Part shown: positions 36,501 through 48,588 of the stretch, in pieces
Layout of the letters: each line of letters begins with the position of its first letter
Position numbering within the stretch: position 1 is the stretch's first letter
Assembly: GCF_902459465.1 (NCBI RefSeq)
Contig: NC_047068.1
Coordinates: 17,980,001 to 18,044,000 of the forward strand
Direction: 5' to 3'
Origin: Asterias rubens
Lineage: Eukaryota
DNA length: 64,000 nucleotides
Notes under the pieces: generated by a model
What the model saw: only the letters and a program-made list of their open reading frames with translations
Database searches by the model: none
What the model was told of the DNA's origin: nothing
Position numbers and translations under genes: made by a program

Positions 36501-39500
36501 ACTTTGTATCAGACCTTGAACTTTGTTCTTTATTCGAGGCATAGCCAGGAGCAAAGCAACTTGAGGAAAGTGTAATGTATTGAACCCTATGAAAGTACAA
36601 ACTTCACAATGACTTAAATAAGTGTTGTCATAGAATCACAACTTCTTGATTTGTGCAATTCATAATCATAGACATTAACCCAATGTTTGTATGAGAGAGA
36701 TGTACTTATACCAGCTTGGTTTTTACATCCCCAGCTGGAAGTTTGCAGAGTTCCCTTGAAGGGAAGATCTTCTAAACAAAGAAACAAACAAACAAACCTG
36801 GTACATCTCGAGGAGTTCTTCTCTGGTCATCCATGGTTCCTCCTCATCGTCATACTCTTCCTCCTCTTGGGGGGATTCTACAAATAAACAATTATCAGAA
36901 AAGTACAGTAAATCTACTAGAATTTTACAACATTGGATTTTGAAAGAGTACATGTATATTCATTCCAATTTTTCAGCTGTGAAAAATAACCAATGTCATC
37001 AATTTTAGTTTTAAAGTTAGTAAAAAAAAGTTTAAAAAAAGAATGTTCTCGTCCTCTCCTGAAGACGAGTATACTGTTCGAAATGTCAAGACCAAACCGG
37101 CTCTTCTCAGAGCCAACACTCACACAAAAGCGAATTACACATGGTTGTACCCGCAAGTTTAATATTATTTTATACTTGTTAGGGTTTGTCTCTATTAGAG
37201 CAAGTGTTTAAAAGTTTTGTGCATTTTCTTTATTTTAATCAGTACACAGTCAATGGTTGCAAACCTCCACATGAAGATTTTGTCTGTATGTCACTTTGCA
37301 ACCTTTCAGTTTTCAACAGCTATATCCAAGAGCAAATAACCAAAGACTGTAATCCTCAAAACTTGGCACTCATATCTAAAAACAAACTTGCAAAGCTTCA
37401 AACTGTACATTCATGCAACTTTGAATTTGATGTTACAGAACTTACCCATTCTTTCTGGTGTGCCTGCTTCCAGCTGTTCTGGCTCCCCAGCCGGACTCCC
37501 CTCTCTAGATAATGGTTCAGTCACAGCTACCACAGGAGTCTCTGGTCTCTCCCCCTCTGCGAACGTATCACTCTGTGGAAGAGGGGAGGCTGGTTTCTCT
37601 TGTTCTCCTTCCTCTGGAGGGGCTTGTTCACCTCCTTCTGCATCTTCTCCTCCTTCTTGTTGCTCTTCTGTCTGTGTTGCTGGGGCGGACTCTTTACCCT
37701 CCTCTTCTACTTCTCCTTCAGGCTTCTCCTCCTGTCCATCTGCTTCATCACCTTCTGCTCCTTCTGTAACAGCTGATAGACAAATAACAGAAAATCTAAA
37801 TTTTTGTCCATAAACATTCATTTCAATGGCTTCCACCGGACATTTGTGGTGGCTTTGCTTGCTAAATGTGATTTAAAATACATAAAGACCAGCTAAATAT
37901 CACTTCAAGTGGTCTTGCTGGCTAGTTCAGTGTTGAATATGAAATAGGACTAAGGAAACAGCTAAAGGACTAGTAAAATGACCAGCTAACTGGTCCTGCT
38001 AACCAGTCAAAATCAAACCTTGGTCCAAAACCTTGTTGCAGTAAACAGGCATGAAAGCCGACCATTGGAAAGAGCATCGATTTTATTGAGCATAAGGACT
38101 GACCTAGATTTTTTAGGCCATTTAATTCATTTTTTTTAGATCTAAGAAAATCAGACTGAAGTAGGAAGAACAGTCCATGCCTGAGTAAAGAAAGTCACAT
38201 ATTTTGGCACTGTTGCTCTAACCTTACAAACAAGTTCGAAACAGATGACAAGAAATAAAGGAAGAAGACCCTAAAGAGATGGAGCACAGATCCGGCTAAA
38301 AAACATAATCTAACCGATCACCAACCTTCAGCATCTTCAGGTACATCTCCAGCTGCCTCTCCTTCCCCTTCTTTCTGCTCACCATCACCTCCCTCCCCCT
38401 CCTCACCACCTTCCTCCCCTGTCTCCAGTTTCTCTCCAGGCTCCTCCCCCTTCTCCGCTCCCTCTCCACCCTCGGCTGGATTCTCCGCATCTGGAGCTAC
38501 CTCTCCTTCCACAGCAGGGGCACTTGGCTCTCCATCCCCTGGAGCAGCTTCTTCTGCTGGGGGTGCATCTGTTGATGTTTCCTCTTGTGTCTCAGTAGGT
38601 GCATCAGGCTGAGCAGCATCTTCTGTTGGTGCTGGTGCTTCTTCTTTAGGTTACAAAAAAAGCAGGTTAAGAAAGTATTTAAAGCATTGTATCAAAAAGC
38701 TGAATGTTATTATATAGAGAGTAGATAAAAGCAATCCCCTTTTATAATGTCAAACATCATCTTAAAGGACACCCCTCAAAAGGCAAGGGCATCTATGCAT
38801 TTTCTCATTGGTATAGGGCACCCTAAGAGGAAACTGTAAACTTCTACTGGAACATTTCAAGGGCATGGAGTCAATCATTGTCTCTGAAGTATCGAGCCTG
38901 ACCCCTTTTCTATCAGTGCACAAGTTGTTACTCTTTAAAATATGTTGTTTTGAGTTGTAAATCTGGTTTCTAGCAGGGTTTTATCCATGATATGAAAAAG
39001 GGTGTCAAAAGGCTGGCCCAGGATCCTACACTGACATTGTCTCATGACAAAATCAAGTATTTGTACTATGGCCAACCTGTAGCAGCCTCTTCTCCAGCAG
39101 TTGGTTCAACCTCTGCAGCTCCCTCTGCTGATGGGGCTGTTTCTCCCTCAGCTGCTGGTGCAGCCTCAGTTTCAGCAGCTTCTGGTGCTGGAGTCTAGGT
39201 AGAAATAAAACGACAAACAAGGCAACAGTTAATTTCAAAGTCAGCCAACCACACAGACACTCAGTCAGTGAGGACTGAGGGGAATCTAAACAATCACGCA
39301 TTTTTTATTTATTAAAGGGAAGGTAGTACACGTTTGATAGTTGTCATAGACCAGGGTATTTGCATGACTTGGTTGTATTTACTATTAATAATTAAATTAA
39401 GTTTATTTTGAAACCACTTACAAATAATAGCATATTAATTACTGATAAGGATTTCCACCGATAGTGATTACTGATAGTAACAAGTGGTTTCAAAATTAAC

Positions 39501-39931
39501 TTAATTTAATGATCATTTAAATGGTCTGGACAATTTAGATTTAGAATACATGACTTAGCCTACTACATTAACAACATGAAAGTAAAATCTTTAAATGATT
39601 GAAATATGTATGAAAAAACAACACAAAACCATCAATAGAGCTTGTCTCGAAGTGACAACTAACACGCTAACATTCATCACCACCTGATCAGACATAACAT
39701 CTAAAAAATACAAAATGTTGTTTATTTTTTTTAATTGAATTGAAGGACTTAGTAACCATTGTTGTTTATCATTATGGTCACATTCAATGCATAAGGTATA
39801 AAAACAACACTTGGAAATGATAAAAAAAAACGCAGGTCTTTCAAAGTTACAGTGTGATATCAATTCGATACATTTTACAAAACAACTCTGACAAGTTGAC
39901 TAAATTTATTTACCTCTTCTGCATCGGCCAT
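33572..39931 (-). CDS. CCDC96: Coiled-coil domain-containing protein 96 (CFAP184), 601 aa, 10 coding exons
   Basis: Exons 39931-39914, 39194-39077, 38643-38326, 37772-37446, 36877-36798, 36461-36308, 35569-35376, 34938-34726, 34322-34185, 33817-33572; phases consistent, 1806 nt. Acidic N-terminus plus the signature LHLIDFEQLKIENQTYNEKIEERNEEL. Confidence 0.93.
34410..34644. mobile_element. GGGCCC-family MITE in CCDC96 intron
   Basis: gccaagtttcaaagctctgcttacc ... ccatgaaattgggctctg; internal similarity to 1854-2030. Confidence 0.65.
35052..35309. mobile_element. GGGCCC-family MITE, complete
   Basis: About 25-bp imperfect TIR ggggccaatttcatagagctccttag / cttaagtagctctatcaaattgggccc. It abuts a truncated family C copy starting at 34996. 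Confidence 0.8.
38745..38900 (+). mobile_element. CAGG-ended MITE family C copy
   Basis: ggcaagggc..agggcaccctaagaggaaactgtaaacttctactggaacatttcaagggc..gaagtatcgagcctg matches 42253-42428. Confidence 0.7.
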
Positions 39932-40233
39932 GTTGTTTTTACGTCGTCTCCTTGGAGTTTTAAAGTCAGTGCCATACCCTGACTTAGCTATACAAACACT
40001 CACATAACATTTGCGGCACCAGTCTACGTATTTCAACCTCGTGCTGAGTTAACACTTTTTAACGTTTAGAGTAATAGTGTTAACCTGAATACGAGGTTGA
40101 AGCTGTACCCGCGAAATTTTAAGCAAAATTGGCGCAAAAACAAAAAACGAACACAGCAGTTCATTCGTTGTTGTGTGACTGGAACAGCTGGCTGTGTAAG
40201 ACCAGAACTTGAAAAATCTTCTAACAACAAAAC
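39932..40233. promoter_or_regulatory. Bidirectional promoter region CCDC96/TK1 with E2F-type sites
   Basis: The two start codons are 302 nt apart and divergent. TTTCGCGG on the minus strand (40109-40116) and TTGGCGC (40129-40135). Confidence 0.7.
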
Positions 40234-43200
40234 ATGGATAGAAGACGACTGTCAAATGATATTTCTTCAAGCCATAAAACGGGTCAAATCCAGGTAAGCT
40301 TATCCATTGTATTATAAAAACTAAAATAGAAAGAAAAATGAAACTGATGAATGATTGAAAATGAAAGAAAGAAGAATTGCACACACACTTACTGACACAC
40401 AGTGTCAGTCAGCAGGACAGTGGTCAGTGCACACTGACAATGGACACAGCCATGATGGGAAAGTTATCCAAATTTGTATTAATTATTATTATATTAATTA
40501 GTTAATTCTGAAGAAAGTAAATTATATAAAGAAAAGAAAACTTGGGTGTCAGAACCCCATAGCTCATCGCCATCGTCGGTGATGAAATTTTGTAACCCCC
40601 CATGTCATCCAATCCATCCTAAAATTGTAAAGATCATCACATTCAGTTCACTGTGCGGTGGCATGGATGATGGGGGGAAGAACTGATCATGCCCATCAAT
40701 CCATCATCAATGGTGCCAAATAAGGGGACGGAGTCCAGCCTATTTGCACGATTTAAATTGGATTTTTACCATACACTGACTCGGGCAATTTATTCCTCCA
40801 TGCTCAGGCACACACTACCAATACCATTACCAATGCACTACAGTCTTTTTTACAGAGTAGGTAGGGTAGGTCCTCGGCTCAGTGCTGCTTGCAAAATCAG
40901 TGATACTGATTATAGTTTGTTTATCAGATTTTGCAAGCAGCACTGAGGACCTACTCTATCAAAAGCCCCTTTCACACGAGAGCAATTTAGCAAGGGTCCC
41001 TTGCTAAATTGTAGCATGGTTGTAAGCATTTACAAAATGCACCTTGTGTGAAAGGAAAATAATTTTTGGAGTGTCCGGGGTCCCTTGTCAAATCTTGTCC
41101 AACATTGCTACATTTTGTCGGAGGTCCGGACCTACGACAAAATCTTACACTAACGGAAGTTTTGACCAAGGACGTGGGCTACATCATCGTGTGAAAGGAA
41201 TCCTTGTTTATTGAACGACGTCCTAGGTGAAAATGCCCATACAGTGCATGCTATTGTGGGTACTATCTTGTCCAATCAAGGTGATCAGGATTACCAATTC
41301 GTCATATCACTCTCATGTCACACAAGGGTTGTTAGTTTTTTAACTTTGCAGTGGGAAAGCTCACAAAATCAGTCAAACACGGTGATAACAAATAAACAAT
41401 CCACGCTCGTAAATTTTGTTGCAAGGGATCCTGGCTACATTTTGGCCGTGTGAAAAGGGCTAAAGTAAGCTTAAATGTATATATAACATTACTCATTAAT
41501 TTTGTGTTTTATGGCAAAATACTTTTAAAATTAGTTTTAAACCACTTTTCATTTTCTTGCAGGTGATCTTTGGACCAATGTTCTCAGGGAAAACGTTAGT
41601 ATTTGGGTTTTTTTTTCGTTTATACCACAATTTCCTTCAAGTTTATACTTCAATTCAAACTGTTACAAATGGTAAATTTGTACATAAATTAAGATTTTGT
41701 GCAGAATATTTTGCATTCTGTACATGTGTTTCATTTTTTTAAGGTCCTTTGGAAAAAGCCAACTCTGTGCCATCCCATTACTATTCAAAATCTTGTTTAC
41801 TTTTAAGTAAACTCTGATTTTGAAATAATCTTCTCGATCTAGATCTAAATAAACCCATCACTGTCACCAATCTGGTTTAATTATTTGTATTATTTTAACT
41901 TATCAGAACCGAGCTTATACGACGCATCAAACGCTATGAAATCGCAAATTATTCCTGTCTCCTCATCAAATACGCCAAGGACGATCGATATGACAAAGAT
42001 GGCGTGGCCACACACGACAGGTAAAATGTTTTTAAAGTTTATTTTGTCTAGGTTTCTTAGACAACTACTGCTTTCTCCTGTCTTTTTGTTTGCTTACGTG
42101 TTTTAAAGACAGTGGACACTATTGGTAATTGTCAAAGACAAGTCTTCTCACTCAGTGTATCTCAACATATACATAAATAACAAACCTGTGAAAATTTGAG
42201 CTCAATCGGAGGTCGAAGTTGCGAGATAATAATGAAAGAAAAAACACCCTTGCAGGGCTGTTTGCTTCGTTTTTGAAAGGGCAAGGGCACCAAGGCAATT
42301 TTCTCTTTGGCAAGGGCACCCTATGAGGAAATTGTAAATTTCTACTGGAGCATTTCATGGGCACCAAGGCAATGGCAAGGGGCAACGGAGGCAATCGCCT
42401 TCGTTGCCTCCGTGAAGTATCAGGCCTGCCCTTGTCACACGGAGTTGTGTGGTTTCAGATGCTTGATTTCGAGACCTCAAGTTCTAAATCGGAGGTCTTG
42501 AAATCAAATTCGTGGAAAATTACTTCTTTCTCGAAAACTACTCCACTTCAGAGGGAGCCGTTTCTCACAATGATTTATACTACCAACCTCTCGCCATTAC
42601 TCGTTACCAAGTAAGGTTTCGTGCTAATAATTATTTTGAGTAGTTACCAATATAAAGTCCACTGCCTTTTAAGTCCTTTTTTTTCTTATATTTTCATTTT
42701 CCAATATCAGTCTTTGATTTTCAGTGTTATACATTCCATATTTTGATCATTTTATTTCAGACAAGTTACTAAAGCAGTGGCAACAGAAATGCTGTACAGT
42801 CTTGCTGACATGACAGAGAAACATGATGTCATAGGCATTGATGAGGGTCAATTTGTAAGTACAGGCCAAATTAATTTCCTGATTTTCGAAACTAATTTTT
42901 GTACCATCACCTCTCGGCGATATTGAATTGCATCAAACTTTCTATGCTTCAGAAAAGTGGTGGCATCTTGCTTTCAATCTGTATCATTTCGCAAATTATT
43001 TTAAAGCTAATACCAGCCGACAAAACTACTTCAGCCTCTGCCATTTATGAACCAACTCTTTTCCATATTTCATTGTAATATCTATAATGCAGATACCACC
43101 TTTATTGTTTAGTAATTCATAGTTTCATACTGACTATTATTTGTCCTCACTACTTTACACTTATTGGTTCATAGCCACACCATCGTTTGTCAATTAGTTA

Positions 43201-44760
43201 TTTTTATTTGCTATTTAAATCTCCTGGGTTTTTTTCCCGGATACCTTCCCTTTACCCTTTGCTCCTCTTTTTGATTTAAAGTGATATGTTTATATTTTGT
43301 ACTTGTTTATGCCATTGCCTTTAAGGTCCAATTTCGATCAAAAGTATAATTTACCACCTTCCTACTACTAGTTTGTAATTATTTACACATGTATTTTTGC
43401 CATTTTGAATTTGCAGTTTCCAGACTGCGTTGAGTTTGCTGAAGATATGGCTGACCGAGGGAAGATAGTTATTGTAGCTGCTCTTGATGGAACATTTCAG
43501 AGGAAGGTGAGAAATGCTATGATTCATTTAATTTCCAAAGTTTCTAATCGGCAATTTAAATTGTTCAAAGGGTGACTCGCCCTTTTAGTTGCTGTGTACA
43601 GCGCAATGTGCGTCTAACACTAGTGGCCTATTCATTTGAATGCCAGTCATGACTTATGTCCTTGAGCAACAAAATTAACTATAAATTGCTTTCCTCACAC
43701 CAGGTGAATGATTGGAACCTTTGAGGGCTGCATTTGTGTTATGTTGGATTAATTCCTTTAGCTAACGAGCTGTTTGAGGTTGTAACATAAGCTCGTCAGG
43801 GACTTATGAAAGTTTGAGAAACGGTCAGATATACCTGCTGAGCAGGGATAATGGATGTTCTTAAGTACCTTGATCTAGGTACTAGCTTTACCAATACGCA
43901 AAGATAAGTTGAAATAAATACATTTCTGACCATAAAAATGTATTTTATGTTTGAATTCCTCCTTCAGGGCTTTGGAAGTATCTTAAATCTTGTTCCACTA
44001 GCAGAAAACGTCATCAAGTTGAATGCAGTTTGTATGCATTGCTACCAAGAAGCTTCGTACACTAAGAGGATGGGCATGGAAACAGCGGTAAAATTAAGAC
44101 CAATTCATTTGAATTAACTCTGCATTTAATCTGCTGTCATTTTCTTCAGATTTAGATAAATCCTGCTCTTTAAAATGAAGGTCAATATTTGGGATGGCTC
44201 TTAAAAATAATTTTAAAAATTTACAGTTATGAAAAGTACACAGCTTTCGATAGTATAAAGCATTTTGAGAATCATTCCACTTTGAATTAATGTGGTTATG
44301 GAAAACGATAGCAGGTTTTGTGCGACCAAATTTGAATCTGAGAACATCAGGACCTGTAAAGTCTTAAGTTAAAGCAATCTACATTATTCATCATGCGACC
44401 CGAAGTCGTCCGAAAATGTTCAAATACACACAAGCTTGCACAGTCTACTGTACACTTTTGCTCCTCAATTAAAGTTATAACAAAACAAAAAAGTCAACAA
44501 GTGTTTTAAAATCGAAACTGTATGTATACTTTGTGGTTATTTATCAGGTGGAGATTATTGGTGGAGCTGATAAGTACATGGCTGTCTGCAGAGAATGCTT
44601 CAAGAAACCATCATTCTTATCAACAACAACACCAGAAGAAGTCAATGAGGACGACGCCCTTCACACCCCAACCTGTGAGGAGACTCTTGCACATTCCAAA
44701 ATCCAGGGTAGAAAGTTATTCCCAACGTCAAATAATAACGCCGTAGCTCAGATTAGTTGA
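40234..44760 (+). CDS. TK1: Thymidine kinase, cytosolic, 240 aa, 7 exons
   Basis: Exons 40234-40293, 41563-41594, 41907-42020, 42761-42854, 43417-43506, 43968-44087, 44548-44760; phases consistent. [16 protein letters not shown]-loop, [28 protein letters not shown] zinc site, EIIGGADKY lasso. Confidence 0.96.
40854..40957. repeat. Small foldback in TK1 intron 1
   Basis: gtaggtcctc..agtgctgcttgcaaaatc / gattttgcaagcagcactgaggacctac inverted arms. Confidence 0.75.
40965..41460. mobile_element. Harbinger-like MITE
   Basis: gcccctttcacacg ... cgtgtgaaaagggc TIR; internal palindrome tttagcaaggg-t-cccttgctaaa. Related copy at 44839-45055. Confidence 0.7.
42107..42668 (-). mobile_element. MITE family A copy interrupted by a family C element
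   Basis: ttaa|agacagtggacac ... ccactgcct(t)|ttaa. The host sequence resumes exactly after the insert. Confidence 0.9.
42253..42428 (+). mobile_element. CAGG-ended MITE family C with perfect 6-bp TSD
   Basis: cccttg|cagggctg ... caggcctg|cccttg. Empty-site copies (9200-9581 reversed, 47814-48190) carry cccttg once. Confidence 0.9.
43600..43900 (+). mobile_element. Decayed SINE-like repeat in TK1 intron 5
   Basis: tatgtccttgagcaac..ttcctcacaccaggtg..ggaacctttgaggg matches the central domain of 54614-54935. Confidence 0.5.
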
Positions 44761-44838
44761 GTGAGGTGAACATTTTAATAAATGAATTTGCACATAGTTT
44801 GGTGCTCAATATGGGGAATGATGGTACATTTTCTATAG

Positions 44839-45055
44839 CCCTATTCACACCAAAGCAATTAAACAAGGGTCCTTTGCTTAATTTTTAACATGTTATATCA
44901 TAAAATGAAGCATTCATCAAGATTTAACAAGCACAGGACTTTGGACAGTACAAAATTGGTTGTCCTTTCACGCAAGGTACATGTTGTAAACAATTTTAAC
45001 CCTGTTACAATTTAGCAAGGGACCCTTGCTAAACTGCTCTCGTCTGAAAGGGGCG
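44839..45055. mobile_element. Harbinger-like MITE, second copy
   Basis: gccctattcacaccaaagcaatt ... ttagcaagggacccttgctaaactgctctcgtctgaaaggggc. Confidence 0.7.
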
Positions 45056-46855
45056 CCGATGGCGGTACTGGTTGGATGACTATGAATCAAAAGTATCACT
45101 TAATAGTCTTTATCCTCGAAAAATTTAACGTGCATTTTATATCATTGGGGCACTCACCAAAACATAGAGTCGAACTGCCTCTAGGTGGGGGGGGGAGTAC
45201 ATTGGTGTTTTGGTAAAAAAAAAACATTCTTTATCCCGATGCAAAATTTAACATCTATTATATCACTTATTTTCAAAATTTTAATATCTATAAAATAAAT
45301 TGTCAGAAAAAAGACTTTGTCTAAAACTTTTTTATAATTATTATTAGGATGTCAGTTTTAATCAAAACAATTGTCTCAGACAATAATAATGTTTAATCTG
45401 CTATTCAAATCTTTAGTTCTTTTTTAAGTAAAGCATTTGTATAGAGACTGCTTTTAATGTTATGTCAAGGCTGATTTAAATTAAATTCTACCTTTTAACT
45501 TAAATGTTTCAAATCAACTATAGGAATGTGACTGCTGTTAATGAACTTGTACTTTTATAGCTCTAAAACTGAATTTATTTTATGCCATTCACAACTACCA
45601 CCCAACTGAATAGTAAACTATGAATTGTTATTTACCTTTTTGTACAAATTTTTTAGATTGTGTGTAGTCGTTTTTAGGATACATGGTTATTCGTTGTCAT
45701 TTACACTGTCCAGTGCTGTACTTTTTAGATTGACCATTTACAACCATGTTTAGCTGAATGTTTGTTTTTAACTATCTACAGTAAAACTACCTCATTATGG
45801 AGTAATTGAAAATAAAACCTGTGTTTTGTGCTGTCTTTATTACAGTAGAATGGAATCGTCATTCCATATTGAAAAAAAAAAACTTAATGAATTTATTATG
45901 ATTCCCAAACAGTTTTGGAAACTACCTGAATACTACAATTCATGGACGACGCGAATACAGATTGCAAAAACTTTTACTGTGCTGCATGTGAGTGATTGTA
46001 ATCCAAAATGGTTACAGACTATTTATTTATCACCTTCGTACACGCAACGGGCGTCTGGGTACTGCACGCCGTGTGATAGTCTTCGGACTAGCGCACGGCA
46101 ATCCGATGCACTATCACACGGCTGTCGTCTAGTAGAACTAAGACATATCATGTGATGCGCTCTAAACCAATGAAAAGGCAGAATATTGGTAAGGGGTGTT
46201 ATAAACGTAAATATCACATTATATTTTTATAGCAATGAACGATCACATGCAAAAGTGCATGACCAAGAACATCCCCAATCAGTGATATGACATTATTCCC
46301 TTTTTGGCGTTCCATAGCTATACGACTTCTGCTGCGTACTAGACTGGTCCCCAGTCTTATTTATTGCATAAACCCATGGTGTAATGCGCGGCGGACACTG
46401 GCCTTGAAAAAAAAAACGCCTTCACGCACACGCACGCACACACAAGTGCAAGCTGTTTTCTTGATAAAAAGTAGACGAAAGTAAACGGTAAGCAAGCCAA
46501 TTTTGTACAGTAGTATCAGAAAATTCAAGCTCCCAAACTAGTTCGTGTTCTACGTCACACCATTGGTGTGATCAGTTGTGTGTTTATCAAAAGAGAATTC
46601 GTCCTTAAACTGTTTTTGTTTGCTGGTTCTTTCGCTTTCGGTGGCGTTGCTTGTTATTGGAACATTTTGACGTTGTTTGTACACACGAATATGGGATGCA
46701 TCTGGGGTGTGGCGGAGCATGGGAATATGGGTGAAAGTTGAAGCTATGCTATGTCTTATGGCTATGCCAGAAAAAAATGTGCTACTAAAAAGCCTGTCCT
46801 CTTAGTCTTAAATTCTTATCCTCTATTAAAAATTTATGGATTTTTTGTCAGACCT

Positions 46856-47574
46856 AGACCCAGTATTCAGTAACTGGGGCACTTTTTGTATACCTTTTTC
46901 AAAATTTTGACATTCTCGGGGTCGCACTAAATACCGACAACTCACGACAACTCTAGAAAACAATTTTTAAATGCACTTAAACAAAACATTTGAACATAAG
47001 TCAACCGTTAATTATATGCACAAGGGTCATTTTTGAATGTAAAAGAAAGTGTTTTTTACCCGAATTTAGTAATGAATGGTAATATCCGCCATGTTGTCTT
47101 TAAACGCTGGGGTGATACACATGTTGTCTATTATACCGCTGGGGTGATACAATATGCAAGATCAGAAGATGATTATTTACAATTTTTTTTTTAATTATCT
47201 CAAGGAGTTTAAATAAATCTTTTGTAAGTTTCCCCTTTAAACTTCGATTCCAGAGTGGCGGGTTAGTTACTGACAAGAAAGAAAAAAATCAGCAGCTTTT
47301 TTATTTTTTATACAGTTTACAGTTAGAAAATGATTTAGATGCATATGACTCTTGTGCACATATGTAACGATTGATTATGTTCAAATAATCTGTTAAAACG
47401 CATTTAAAAATTGTTGTTGTGAGTTGTCGTGAGGGGTCGTGAGTTGTCGGTATTTAGTGCGACCGCATTATCGCCATCATCGAAAAGATCATTATTAATT
47501 ATGAGTGTTATGAGTAATGACCGGTAGTGTCAAAATTCTGCAAAAAGGAATACAGCGCTCCAGTTACTGGGTCT
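46856..47574. mobile_element. Nested TIR elements (outer 46856-47574, inner 46919-47465)
   Basis: Inner: long TIR ggtcgcactaaataccgacaactcacgac, flanked by cattctcg/cattatcg. Outer: arms agacccag..cagtaactgggg..ttttgaca / tgtcaaaatt..ccagttactgggtct. Confidence 0.8.
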
Positions 47575-47813
47575 TGATTCTTTCGTATTTCGTTTTTAAA
47601 AACTGCATGTAAAATAGATTAGAGATTTTGTAATGTTCATTTTTCAAGAGAAGATGTCGTTTATTCCATTACAGTTAATTTTGAATTAATTATACGGCAC
47701 ATAACTCTATGATATAATTGAATATAAATAAATGAATTTGTGCGTTTCTGCCTCTCTATTGAAATTACGATTCATGTACATGTATTTTTACTGAATGTCC
47801 TGCTAATGTTTAA

Positions 47814-48190
47814 AGACAGAGGACACTATTGATAATTGTCAGTCTTATCACTTGGTGTATCTCAACATATGCATAAAATAACAAACCTGTGAAAATTTGA
47901 GCTCAATTGGTCATCGGAGTTGCGAGATATCTATCTATGAAAGAAAAAACACCCTTGTTACACGAAGTTGTGTGCTTTCAGATGCTTGATTTTATGACCT
48001 CAAATTCTAAACTTGAGGTCTCAAAATAAAACTTGTGGAAAATTACTTCTTTCTCGAAAACTACGTCACTTCAGAGGGAGCCGTTTCTCACAATGTTTTA
48101 TACTATCAACCTGGTCATTACTCATAACCAAGTGAGGTTTTATGCCAATCATTATTTTGAGTAATAGTATACCAATAGTGTCCACTGCCT
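47814..48190 (-). mobile_element. Full-length MITE family A copy
   Basis: ttaa|agacagaggacac ... gtgtccactgcct|ttaa. Confidence 0.9.
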
Positions 48191-48588
48191 TTAATCCCTT
48201 CCTACATTATGTACCTGTTTATGACTTTGAGACTACCTAGAATGCTACCCAAAGTATTAAACATAGGGTTTAAACACCAGGCAACATGTATGACCATCTA
48301 ATTGCATATATACAAATTTAATTGAATGGTAGACTGGTTGATTTTGCGGATTTTGCTAAATGACCAAATAGGGACTGTTGTTGTGGGACGGAAGTGCCCC
48401 TTTTTCCTTCCTCAGTGTTTTTCCATCCCACAATACCTTTTTGGCATTCAACAAAATCAACCAGGCAAATCAGTCACTGAGAAAGTCTTTGTCAAAAGTG
48501 CATTTTGAGTTTGACTTTAACATTGTAATTTTTGGGGGGAAATTGAGTCTTTCACAGTATGTCACACCATGGAGGAACGGTCACACAC

